Source: Acidimicrobiia bacterium (GTDB lineage Bacteria > Actinomycetota > Acidimicrobiia > Spongiisociales > Spongiisociaceae). From it: a DNA stretch of 61,604 bases. Shown piece by piece: positions 37,615 through 45,807 of this stretch. The stretch lies in the NCBI GenBank assembly GCA_041576165.1, contig JBFGLM010000029.1, positions 1 to 61,604 on the forward strand, in the 5' to 3' direction. Position 1 is the stretch's first letter; every line of letters begins with the position of its first letter. Made by a program: the position numbers and the translations under genes. Under the pieces are notes generated by a model that saw only the letters and a program-made list of their open reading frames with translations, did no database searches and had not been told where the DNA came from.

Positions 37615-38229
37615 ATGCCCATCGTCATCCGCCTTCTCGCCGCAGCCGCAGCCATCGCAACCGCTATCGCCAACCCAGTACCGATGCAGCATCGCCACCA
37701 GACCCCAGATCCGGACCCCGCTGGCCGGGCGGCGGTCACCGTCATCGGAGCGAACTCCACTCAAGCGGCGGCGGTAGAGGAGGCACTCCAGCGTTTCGCT
37801 CAGGCAGGGCTGGCGCTTCCGCCGCTGGTCATCGAATACGCCGCCACAACTGATGCCTGCCGGGGCCACGCCGGCCTCTACTCCCCCGCCCCGAACGGCC
37901 ATTCACCGACCGACCGCATAACAATGTGCAGCTCCCTGCGGCTCTTCCTCCTGCACGAACTCGCTCATGCCTGGGGCTACCACAGCCTCACCGACGATAC
38001 GCGCCGCAGCTTCATGGACCGCTGGGCACTGCAGCGGTGGAACGACCACAACGACAGCTGGTATGACCGGGGCACTGAAAAGGCGGCGCACACGATCGCC
38101 TACACGCTGGCTCTCGACGCTCCCACGGACGACCCCGACATTCTCCGTTTCGTCTGCGGGTACGAGTTGCTCACCGGGAATCCGATTCCGGTCGAGGCCG
38201 GCGCGTCGTGCCATCCGGGCACCAACTGA
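37615..38229 (+). CDS. Small secreted protein with HExxH zincin-like motif
   Basis: Ala-rich signal peptide, LLHELAHAW, downstream TEKAA, several Cys. Confidence 0.7.
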   Translation: MPIVIRLLAAAAAIATAIANPVPMQHRHQTPDPDPAGRAAVTVIGANSTQAAAVEEALQRFAQAGLALPPLVIEYAATTDACRGHAGLYSPAPNGHSPTDRITMCSSLRLFLLHELAHAWGYHSLTDDTRRSFMDRWALQRWNDHNDSWYDRGTEKAAHTIAYTLALDAPTDDPDILRFVCGYELLTGNPIPVEAGASCHPGTN

Positions 38230-38314
38230 GAAGGTCAGACCACCAGAGCCGTCGGCCCGACCACGGCGGGCGGCTGAGTCTTCGATGCCCCGACCATGCT
38301 GGGGCCCGTCCCGG

Positions 38315-38746
38315 TTAGCCCGGAGGGGCGGCTTCGATGATGCCGAGCTGCTGCATCATCGCCATGTTGTCCATCAGGCCCCAGTGCTCGGTCAACCGGC
38401 CATCCGCGTACCGCAACTGGTCAAAGACCGCGATTTCGAATTTGTTACCCGTGGCGGGGATTCCCATGAACTCGCCCTCGTGTGTACCGCTGAACCGAGC
38501 GCGCACCATCACCATGTCGTCCTCCTGGATGATGTCGTCGATGGCGGCGTGGAAATCGGGGAAAGCGTTGAGCATCATCTTGAACAGGGCTCGTGGGGCT
38601 TCCCGACCGCCCGGGATGCCGGGAGGCAATTCTTCGTGTTCGACGAAGTTCTCATCGAAATACTCGTCGATGACCTCATCGAGCTTGCCTTCCGAGAACA
38701 CGTCACGGTAGAGCTGGCGCGTCAGCGCCTTCAGATCGGAACTCAT
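38315..38746 (-). CDS. SnoaL-like ester cyclase family protein
   Basis: AFPDF, GTHEGEFMGIPATG, EHWG..D...MMQQLG; GGAGG SD before ATG at 38746. Confidence 0.9.
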   Translation of the reverse strand: MSSDLKALTRQLYRDVFSEGKLDEVIDEYFDENFVEHEELPPGIPGGREAPRALFKMMLNAFPDFHAAIDDIIQEDDMVMVRARFSGTHEGEFMGIPATGNKFEIAVFDQLRYADGRLTEHWGLMDNMAMMQQLGIIEAAPPG

Positions 38747-38964
38747 AGATCCTCCTTCCCGCCTGAGGATTGCGGCAATAGCAAAGCTACCGACATGGAC
38801 CTTGCAGCGGGGCGCCGTTTTTCGCGATCTGCGCCGCCCGGATGCACACCGAGTCTGCAACCACGCAGCAAGCGCCGCGAACCCGAGGCCGAGGTTCCCC
38901 GGCGGAATTCGTCGGACCCCGCCGCACTTGTTCAGAATGCCGGTACATCTGCGAAGGAGGGATC

Positions 38965-39858
38965 GTGAGCGGGAGCCGGCCTGAAATCGACCCCAACGCG
39001 CTCGTTGCGATCGACGTGCATGTGCACGTCGAGCAGGACGGGTCCGGCCGGCGGTCGCTGGACGCGGAACTGCTCGATGCGTCGGCGAGATATTTCAAGA
39101 GTGAGAACGACCGAGCGCCCACTGTGGAGCAGATCGCCGACTTCTACCGCCGGCGGCGCATGGCGGCAGTGGTGTTCACCGTGGACGCCACCACGGCACT
39201 CGGGCATCCGGCATTGGCGAGCGAAGAGATTGCGGAACGGGCCGCCGCCCACCCGGACGTGCTGATCCCATTTGGGTCGGTAGATCCGCTGCGCGGAGAC
39301 GCTGCGGTGCGGCGGGCCCGCGTCCTCGCCGAGGATCACGAAGTGCGGGGCTTCAAGTTTCATCCGAGTCTGCAGGGCTTCGCCCCCAACGATCGCACGT
39401 TCTATCCCCTCTACACAGCGCTGGAAGAGCTTGGCCTGCCCGCCATATTCCACACCGGTCAGACCGGGATCGGTGCCGGCCTTGCCGGTGGCAGAGGCAT
39501 CAAGCTGCGACTGTCCGATCCGATGCTGTTGGACGACGTCGCCGCGGACTTCCCCGGGCTCACCATGATCCTCGCCCATCCCTCGGTGCCCTGGCAGGAC
39601 GCAGCACTCTCCATCGCGACGCACAAGGCGAATGTGTTCATCGATCTATCCGGGTGGCTTCCCAAGTACTTCTCGGACAGCTTGGTGCGCGCCATCAATG
39701 GCCGGCTCCGGTCGAAGGTCCTCTTTGGCTCCGACTATCCGGTCCTGAGCCCAGATCGGTGGATCGAGAGTTTTGACCAGCTCGAAATCAAACCCGAGGT
39801 CAAGCCGCTGGTCATGAAGCACAATGCTGTGCGGCTGCTGGGGCTCGAGAGCGACTGA
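38965..39858 (+). CDS. Amidohydrolase_2 family protein, CouO-like (4-hydroxyphenyl-beta-ketoacyl-CoA hydrolase-like)
   Basis: IDVHVH, GFKFHPSLQGF, FHTGQTGIGAG, AHPSVPWQD, DLSGW.PKYF, FGSDYP. Confidence 0.85.
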   Translation: MSGSRPEIDPNALVAIDVHVHVEQDGSGRRSLDAELLDASARYFKSENDRAPTVEQIADFYRRRRMAAVVFTVDATTALGHPALASEEIAERAAAHPDVLIPFGSVDPLRGDAAVRRARVLAEDHEVRGFKFHPSLQGFAPNDRTFYPLYTALEELGLPAIFHTGQTGIGAGLAGGRGIKLRLSDPMLLDDVAADFPGLTMILAHPSVPWQDAALSIATHKANVFIDLSGWLPKYFSDSLVRAINGRLRSKVLFGSDYPVLSPDRWIESFDQLEIKPEVKPLVMKHNAVRLLGLESD

Positions 39859-39947
39859 CTATCCCCATTCCGCCGAAAGACCGAGCCGAGCCCGATCCCC
39901 GATGATGCGGCCCGTCCCGGGAGCCGGGGGGCCCAAACGACGCTGCG

Positions 39948-40361
39948 TTAGCCGTAATCGACGTAGGCGACCCGAAGCCACTCGACAACCTCGTCATCGA
40001 CATCGTCCGGTCCTTCGAGGTTGACGACGTGGTACCAGCGCCGCCCGCTCCAGACCGGCTTGCGGGCCATCCGTGAGTGCTTCACTCGTCGGGACATCGG
40101 AAACCACAGCTGGACCCACTGCCGGGCCGGCCGCAACTCGATGAACCCGCCGCTCGACTTGATGAAGATCCCAACGGATACCGGCTCGACGTGCATCGGA
40201 CCAAGTTGTTCGAGCTCGGCCAAGACCGCCTCGAATATCGGCCGCTCGAACTCAGGCCCGGTGGCGAAATACTCATCGAGGGTCATGGCGGGGGCGCACT
40301 CGTGTTGTTGCCCTTCGCGGGCGAACAGGCGTGAGCACTCCGGGCAGGTCCATCCGGCCAC
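39948..40361 (-). CDS. DUF5655-like protein with N-terminal Zn-finger-like motif
   Basis: WTCPECSR.F....Q.HEC; C-terminal DVDDEV.EWL..AY. Confidence 0.7.
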   Translation of the reverse strand: MAGWTCPECSRLFAREGQQHECAPAMTLDEYFATGPEFERPIFEAVLAELEQLGPMHVEPVSVGIFIKSSGGFIELRPARQWVQLWFPMSRRVKHSRMARKPVWSGRRWYHVVNLEGPDDVDDEVVEWLRVAYVDYG

Positions 40362-40398
40362 GGCGCGATCATGGCAGATGTCTCAACCTACGGCCGTC

Positions 40399-40770
40399 CT
40401 AAGAACGGGCGTCCATCTGGAGGAACTCGGTCACGTTCAGGAAGCCGGCCGGAGCCTTGGTGGTTTTGGGCAGTCGCTGCCAGGCGTCGTTCTCGGGGAC
40501 CAGCCGGGGAGCAGTCAGCTCGATCTTCTTGCCACTCATCCTCAACTCGGCGTGCCCGGACGCCATCACGTTCTTGACCCAGTCCGAGTCAGATCCATAC
40601 ATAAGGATGAACATGTAGCCACCGTCGACGGGGTGGGCGTCGAGCGGTGTGTGGTACACCTTCCCCGATGTCCGCCCGACATGGGTCAAGACCGGCCGGG
40701 CGCCTCGTTTGATCTCGAGCTTGTTGAAGACTCGTTTGTTGACCTGGGCGACCCACTGGGGGACGGGCAT
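40399..40770 (-). CDS. Deazaflavin (F420)-dependent nitroreductase family protein
   Basis: HVGRTSGK.YHTP and YG..SDWVKNV.A.G. Confidence 0.85.
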   Translation of the reverse strand: MPVPQWVAQVNKRVFNKLEIKRGARPVLTHVGRTSGKVYHTPLDAHPVDGGYMFILMYGSDSDWVKNVMASGHAELRMSGKKIELTAPRLVPENDAWQRLPKTTKAPAGFLNVTEFLQMDARS

Positions 40771-40771
40771 G

Positions 40772-41797
40772 TCACACCTCCCTCGAGTCGGCGGCGGTGC
40801 GGCGATCGGACACCGCCGACGAATCTGGGGAAACGGTGATGACCGACTTGCCGCGGGCGTGTCCTTCCCCCTGATACCGGAGCGCGTCCGCCGTGCCGAC
40901 GAAGGAATACCGGTGCTCGATGACCGGCCGCAGCCGGCCGCTTTCGACTAGCTCCGTGAGGTACCGCAGGTCGTCTTGACTGGGTTTGGCCACGTACCAG
41001 CGGAACCGCCGTTTCGTGAAGCGGAATGCCAACTGCGCCGCCAGCATGCGGGGGACGGGGCCCAGCCAGCGACCCTTGGGTCCGCTGACCATGACGTAGA
41101 TCCCGTCCCGGGTGAGGACGCGTTTGCAGTCCGACAGGGGTCGGTTCCCCACGATGTCGAGCATCAGGTCGTAGGTCCCTCCCGGCCGGGCGAAGTCGGC
41201 GCGTGTGTAATCGATCACGTGATCGGCGCCGATCGAGCGGGCGGTATCTACGTTCCGCGCGCTGCACACGGCGGTCACCTCGGCCCCAAGCGCCTTGGCG
41301 ACCTGGACCGCGAACGTCCCGACTCCTCCGGACGCCCCGTTGATCAGCACGCGCTGGCCGGGAGAGAGTTCACCGTGATCCCGGAGACCCTGGAGAGCCG
41401 TTAGCGCGGCAACCGGCACGGCGGCCGCCTCTTCAAACGTCAAGCCGGCCGGTTTGAGTGCCAGGCCCACTGGAGATGCGGCAACGTATTCGGCAAACGC
41501 CCCGCCGCTGACCTCCCCAAACACCTCATCACCGGGCTCGAAGTCCGTCACGCCGGCGCCGATGGCTTCGACCGTGCCCGCCACATCTGCTCCCTGGATG
41601 CGGCGTCGAGGCCGGCGTAGGCCGCCCTGTAAGCGCATCAGATACGGGGTGCCGGTCAACGAATGCCAGTCGAGCGCGTTGACCGACGACGCGCGGACTC
41701 GCACCAGGACCTGATCGCCGGATATCTGTGGTGGCTCCACATCACGCAATTCGACGACATCAGGCGATCCATAGCTGTCGTTCACGATCGCTTTCAT
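40772..41797 (-). CDS. Zn-independent MDR / NAD(P)-dependent alcohol dehydrogenase (quinone-reductase-like)
   Basis: MKAIV..YGSPDV, SVNALDW, GADVAG, NGASGGVG, HARGK. Confidence 0.92.
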   Translation of the reverse strand: MKAIVNDSYGSPDVVELRDVEPPQISGDQVLVRVRASSVNALDWHSLTGTPYLMRLQGGLRRPRRRIQGADVAGTVEAIGAGVTDFEPGDEVFGEVSGGAFAEYVAASPVGLALKPAGLTFEEAAAVPVAALTALQGLRDHGELSPGQRVLINGASGGVGTFAVQVAKALGAEVTAVCSARNVDTARSIGADHVIDYTRADFARPGGTYDLMLDIVGNRPLSDCKRVLTRDGIYVMVSGPKGRWLGPVPRMLAAQLAFRFTKRRFRWYVAKPSQDDLRYLTELVESGRLRPVIEHRYSFVGTADALRYQGEGHARGKSVITVSPDSSAVSDRRTAADSREV

Positions 41798-41847
41798 GAC
41801 TCCTCCCAAACTCCGGACGGCGAGCTGCGATCTGGCGCAGCCGCTGA

Positions 41848-41922
41848 TTGACATACAGTGTAAACATATGCTGTAAGTTACCGGGCGTCAAGGGTGACCC
41901 GAGAAAACTTACTGTGTACGGT
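41848..41922. promoter_or_regulatory. Divergent promoters with TAC-N3-GTA TetR-type operators
   Basis: TACAGTGTA at 41854, TATGCTGTA at 41867, TACTGTGTA at 41910; minus-strand TTGACG-N17-TATGTT (41891-41863). Confidence 0.6.
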
Positions 41923-41948
41923 AGGATCTGGTCCGAGGAGGACCGTGG

Positions 41949-42629
41949 ATGGCCACTCAGACCGATCGGAGCGCAGAGCCACGCATCCCCCTGAGCCGCG
42001 AGCGGGTCCTGCGGGCGGCCGTCGGACTCGCCGACACGAGCGGCATCGACGCCGTCAGCATGCGCAAGCTCGGCCAGGAGCTCGGGGTCGAGGCGATGTC
42101 GCTCTATAACCACGTGGCGAACAAGGACGACGTGCTGGACGGCATGATCGAACTAGTGGTCGGCGAGATCGACTTGGTGGCGCCAGGACCCGACTGGAAG
42201 ACGAGGCTCCGCAACCTGATCCTCGCAGCCCGCGAGGCCATGCTGGCCCACAGCTGGGTGCCCCGGGTGATTGAAACGAGGACATCCATCGGGCCCAATC
42301 TGATGCGCTACTTCAACGCGGTGCTCGGGATCTTCCGCGCGGGCGGCTTCTCCTACGACCTGGCCCACCACGCCATGCACGCGCTGGGCAGCCGGGCGAT
42401 CGGCTTCGCGCAGGAGTTGTTCGAGCCGGACGACAACGCGCAGGCCGACGCCGAAACAGAGCTGATGATGCGGCAGATGGCGGACCAGCTCCCGTACATG
42501 ATCGAGATGATGATGGAGATTGCCCACGACGATCCCGACTCGATCGGCTGGTGCGACGACAACACCGAGTTCCTGTTCGCGCTCGACCTCATTCTGGACG
42601 GCCTCGAAAGGCTGCAGGCCGCGCAGTAG
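41949..42629 (+). CDS. TetR family regulator (TetR_C type)
   Basis: LSRERVL.AA, SMRKLGQELGVEAMSLYNHVANKDD, EF.F.LDLILDGLE. Confidence 0.93.
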   Translation: MATQTDRSAEPRIPLSRERVLRAAVGLADTSGIDAVSMRKLGQELGVEAMSLYNHVANKDDVLDGMIELVVGEIDLVAPGPDWKTRLRNLILAAREAMLAHSWVPRVIETRTSIGPNLMRYFNAVLGIFRAGGFSYDLAHHAMHALGSRAIGFAQELFEPDDNAQADAETELMMRQMADQLPYMIEMMMEIAHDDPDSIGWCDDNTEFLFALDLILDGLERLQAAQ

Positions 42630-42706
42630 CGAAGCAGTTGCAATCAGCATTCTCCGCGCCAGGTCCCCCCGATAGCATCGGCGGCGGACGGACCTTTGGA
42701 GGAAAC

Positions 42707-43351
42707 ATGGTCACTGCTCAATCCGCTCCCTACGCCGCCCGCCTCCAGATCGATTACCCGGAGCGACTCGACCGGCTGACGACGGCCTTCCGGCTGATTC
42801 TGATCATCCCCATCGCAATCGTGATCGGAGTGCTCTCGGCCGGCAGCACTGAAACGATTGTGACCGAGGGTGGGGAGGTGGTTCGCGCCTCGACGGGCGG
42901 CATCGCGGCCGGGCTGTTCTTCGCGACGCTGCTGATGATCGTGTTCCGGCAGCGCTACCCGCGATGGTGGTTCGACTTCGCACTGGAATACACGCGGTTT
43001 GGCACCCGGATCGGCGCGTACCTGCTGCTCCTGACCGACCGATATCCGTCGACCGTCGATGAGCAAAGTGTTCACCTGGAGATCGACTATCCGGACGTCG
43101 AGCGCGATCTCAATCGGTGGTTGCCGCTCGTGAAGTGGCTGCTGGCGATCCCCCACTACGTGGTCCTCGTCGTGTTGTCGGTCGTAGCGGTGCTGGCGGT
43201 CATCGTTGCCTGGTTCGCGATCCTGTTCACGGGCCAGTATCCCCGAGCCCTCTTCGATTTTGTGGTCGGGGTGGGTCGGTGGGCGCTGCGGGTTCAGGCA
43301 TACGTGACGTTGCTCGTGACTGATCGCTATCCACCCTTCTCGCTGGCCTGA
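42707..43351 (+). CDS. DUF4389-like membrane protein (two internal repeats)
   Basis: Repeated RL...R.IL.IP / YPR..FDF / LLTDRYP units; GGAGG SD. Confidence 0.82.
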   Translation: MVTAQSAPYAARLQIDYPERLDRLTTAFRLILIIPIAIVIGVLSAGSTETIVTEGGEVVRASTGGIAAGLFFATLLMIVFRQRYPRWWFDFALEYTRFGTRIGAYLLLLTDRYPSTVDEQSVHLEIDYPDVERDLNRWLPLVKWLLAIPHYVVLVVLSVVAVLAVIVAWFAILFTGQYPRALFDFVVGVGRWALRVQAYVTLLVTDRYPPFSLA

Positions 43352-43421
43352 ACCCAGGCTGGCGGCCTCACCCAACGCGCCCGCCTCGGCGCCGGCCCGA
43401 GGTTGCTGTGTTCATTCGCCC

Positions 43422-43486
43422 TTGACAGCCTTACGGTGTACGTGTAGTACTTACGCCGTACATTTACAGCGTATGTATACGCCGTA
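43422..43486 (+). promoter_or_regulatory. mmpL promoter (TTGACA-N17-TAGTAC) overlapped by four TAC-N3-GTA operators
   Basis: TACGGTGTA at 43432, TACGCCGTA at 43452, TACAGCGTA at 43465, TACGCCGTA at 43478. Confidence 0.65.
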
Positions 43487-43509
43487 CGTCCTGTGCAAGG
43501 GAGAGAATC

Positions 43510-45735
43510 ATGAAACTGTCTACCGCAGCGCTAGCCGGCTCATCCGGCCGGCACCCGTGGCGGGTGGTCTCGGTTTGGGTGGTGGCATTCCTGTTCGCAG
43601 GGGCCCTGTCATCCCAGCTGCTCGGCGACTCGTTGACGACCGAGTCGGAATTCACGAACCACCCCGAGTCCGTGCGAGCCGCCGCACTAATCGAGCGGTT
43701 GCGCGGACCCGAAGTGGAAACGGAGTTCATAGTCGTGACCGCCAATACGACGGTCGCCGATCCCGATTATCGAGACTATGTCGACGAACTCCAGTCGACG
43801 ATCGCTGCCCTCGGTCCTGACGTTGTCGCCCACATTGGCAGCTACGTCACAAATGACGGCCCGGTGTCTGAGTCCGGTCGATCAACCCTGCTGCCGGTGG
43901 CTATGGCCGGAGCCGATCACAGCACGGTGACCGAGAACGCAGCCCGGTTGGTGGAAGCCGTCAAGTCCGTCGAACCGCCCGCCGGCTTCGCAGCCGCCGT
44001 TGCGGGCCCGGCCACGTTGGAGAATGACTTCATTCATTTGGCCGAGGAGGGCCTCAAGCAAGGCGAGACGATCGGGTTGGTAGTTGCCCTCGTCGTGCTG
44101 ATCGTCGTATTTGGCGCCGTGGTCGCCGGCCTGATCCCGATCCTCCTTGCTGTCCTGGCCATCGCAGTATCCCTGGGTGCAGCCGCTGTGATCGGTCAAG
44201 TCTTCGACCTGTCGTTCTTCATAACCAACATCGTCACGATGATCGGCCTGGCGGTCGGCATCGATTACTCGCTGTTCATCATTTCGCGCTACCGCGAGGA
44301 GCGGGCCGCCGGCCTCGCGAAGATCGAGGCGATCGCACGCGCCGGAGCTACTGCCTCGAAGGCCGTCTTCTTCTCCGGCTTGACGGTGGTGGTGGCACTC
44401 ACCGGCATGCTGCTGCTGCCGGACACCGGTTTCCGCAGCATCGGGATGGGCGCAATCCTGGTGGTGGTCATCGCCGTCGCGGCCTCGCTGACGCTGCTCC
44501 CGGCCGTACTGACCTTGATGGGCGACAAGGTGGATGCGTTGCGCATCCGGGGCCGGCGGGCGGATGCTCACCGGAAGGGCCGGTTCTGGGACCGAATCAC
44601 CAGTACGGTCATGCGCCGGCCAGCCGCCAGCCTGGCCCTATCAGCCGGGATGCTGGCACTCGCCGCAGTGCCTTTCTTCAGCATGAACACCGGATTCTCT
44701 GGGGTCGGCACTCTGCCGGATGAAGTGGAGTCGAAACGGGCGTTTGTCATCCTCGAGGAGGAATTCTCCGGAGGCCTGGGCTCGCCGGTGGAGATCGTCA
44801 TCGACGGGGATGTTGCGGCGGCGGCCGCAGCCATCGAGGACCTCAGCGCGGAGCTGGTCGCAAGCCCATCATTCGGCCCGTCCTTGATCGAGGTCAGTGA
44901 GGTTGGCGGCCTGGCGCTGGTCTCGGCGCCGGTGGCAGGTGATATTGCGTCCGATGCCGCCATGGACGCGGTGCGGGAGCTGCGGGACGAGGTCCTGCCC
45001 AGGGTGTTCGCAGGTCTCCCGGTCGAAGTGCTCGTGGGAGGCGCAACGGCGACCTATGTCGACACACTCGACCTGCAGGCCACCTACACGCCGATCGTCT
45101 TCGTGTTCGTGCTCGGCCTGTCGTTCGTCCTCCTGACAGTGGCGTTTCGGTCCCTCGTTGTTCCGGCCAAGGCCATCGCTATGAACCTGTTGTCGGTGGG
45201 AGCGTCCTACGGACTGGTCGTCCTGTTCTTCCAGCAGGGCGTCGGACCGGAGCTCTTCAAGAACGTCGCCGGCTGGCTCGGCTTCGCACAGGTCGAGGCG
45301 ATCGAAGCCTTCCTGCCGTTGTTCATGTTCACCGTGTTGTTCGGCTTGTCGATGGACTATCACGTGTTCCTCTTGAGCCGTATCCGCGAGCGGTTCGACG
45401 ACACCGGCGACAACGGTGAATCGGTCGCCTATGGGCTGCGCACCACCGGAGCGTTGATCACCGGCGCCGCCGCCATCATGGTGGCGGTGTTCGGCGGCTT
45501 TGCCGGCGGCTCGCTGGTCGGCTTGCAGCAGATGGGATTCGGCTTGGCGGTGGCGGTGGCGCTCGACGCAACAATCGTCCGCTCCATCCTGGTACCGGCC
45601 ACCATGAAGTTGCTCGGCGCACGCAACTGGTACCTGCCGTCGTGGCTGGATTGGTTGCCGATCGTGAGCATCGAGGACACGGCCCTCCGCCCGCTGGCAA
45701 CTGAGCCCGAACCGGAGTTCGCGGCGCTTGGCTGA
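43510..45735 (+). CDS. MMPL (RND) family transporter
   Basis: GLAVGIDYSLF..SRYREE, FRS..VPAKAI.MNLLS, LFGLSMDYHVFLLSRIRE, DATIVR..LVPA, NWYLP.WL. Confidence 0.93.
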   Translation: MKLSTAALAGSSGRHPWRVVSVWVVAFLFAGALSSQLLGDSLTTESEFTNHPESVRAAALIERLRGPEVETEFIVVTANTTVADPDYRDYVDELQSTIAALGPDVVAHIGSYVTNDGPVSESGRSTLLPVAMAGADHSTVTENAARLVEAVKSVEPPAGFAAAVAGPATLENDFIHLAEEGLKQGETIGLVVALVVLIVVFGAVVAGLIPILLAVLAIAVSLGAAAVIGQVFDLSFFITNIVTMIGLAVGIDYSLFIISRYREERAAGLAKIEAIARAGATASKAVFFSGLTVVVALTGMLLLPDTGFRSIGMGAILVVVIAVAASLTLLPAVLTLMGDKVDALRIRGRRADAHRKGRFWDRITSTVMRRPAASLALSAGMLALAAVPFFSMNTGFSGVGTLPDEVESKRAFVILEEEFSGGLGSPVEIVIDGDVAAAAAAIEDLSAELVASPSFGPSLIEVSEVGGLALVSAPVAGDIASDAAMDAVRELRDEVLPRVFAGLPVEVLVGGATATYVDTLDLQATYTPIVFVFVLGLSFVLLTVAFRSLVVPAKAIAMNLLSVGASYGLVVLFFQQGVGPELFKNVAGWLGFAQVEAIEAFLPLFMFTVLFGLSMDYHVFLLSRIRERFDDTGDNGESVAYGLRTTGALITGAAAIMVAVFGGFAGGSLVGLQQMGFGLAVAVALDATIVRSILVPATMKLLGARNWYLPSWLDWLPIVSIEDTALRPLATEPEPEFAALG

Positions 45736-45807
45736 GACGCTTGGCTGAATCGATGACGTGCAGAGGGGACGCCGGTGGCGTCCCCTCTGCATGCGCCCGG
45801 TCTTCGG

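Noticed and set aside
38856-38884. TGCAACC-N4-AGCAAGC repeat upstream of the SnoaL gene
   Set aside because: Too degenerate to call a SARP box
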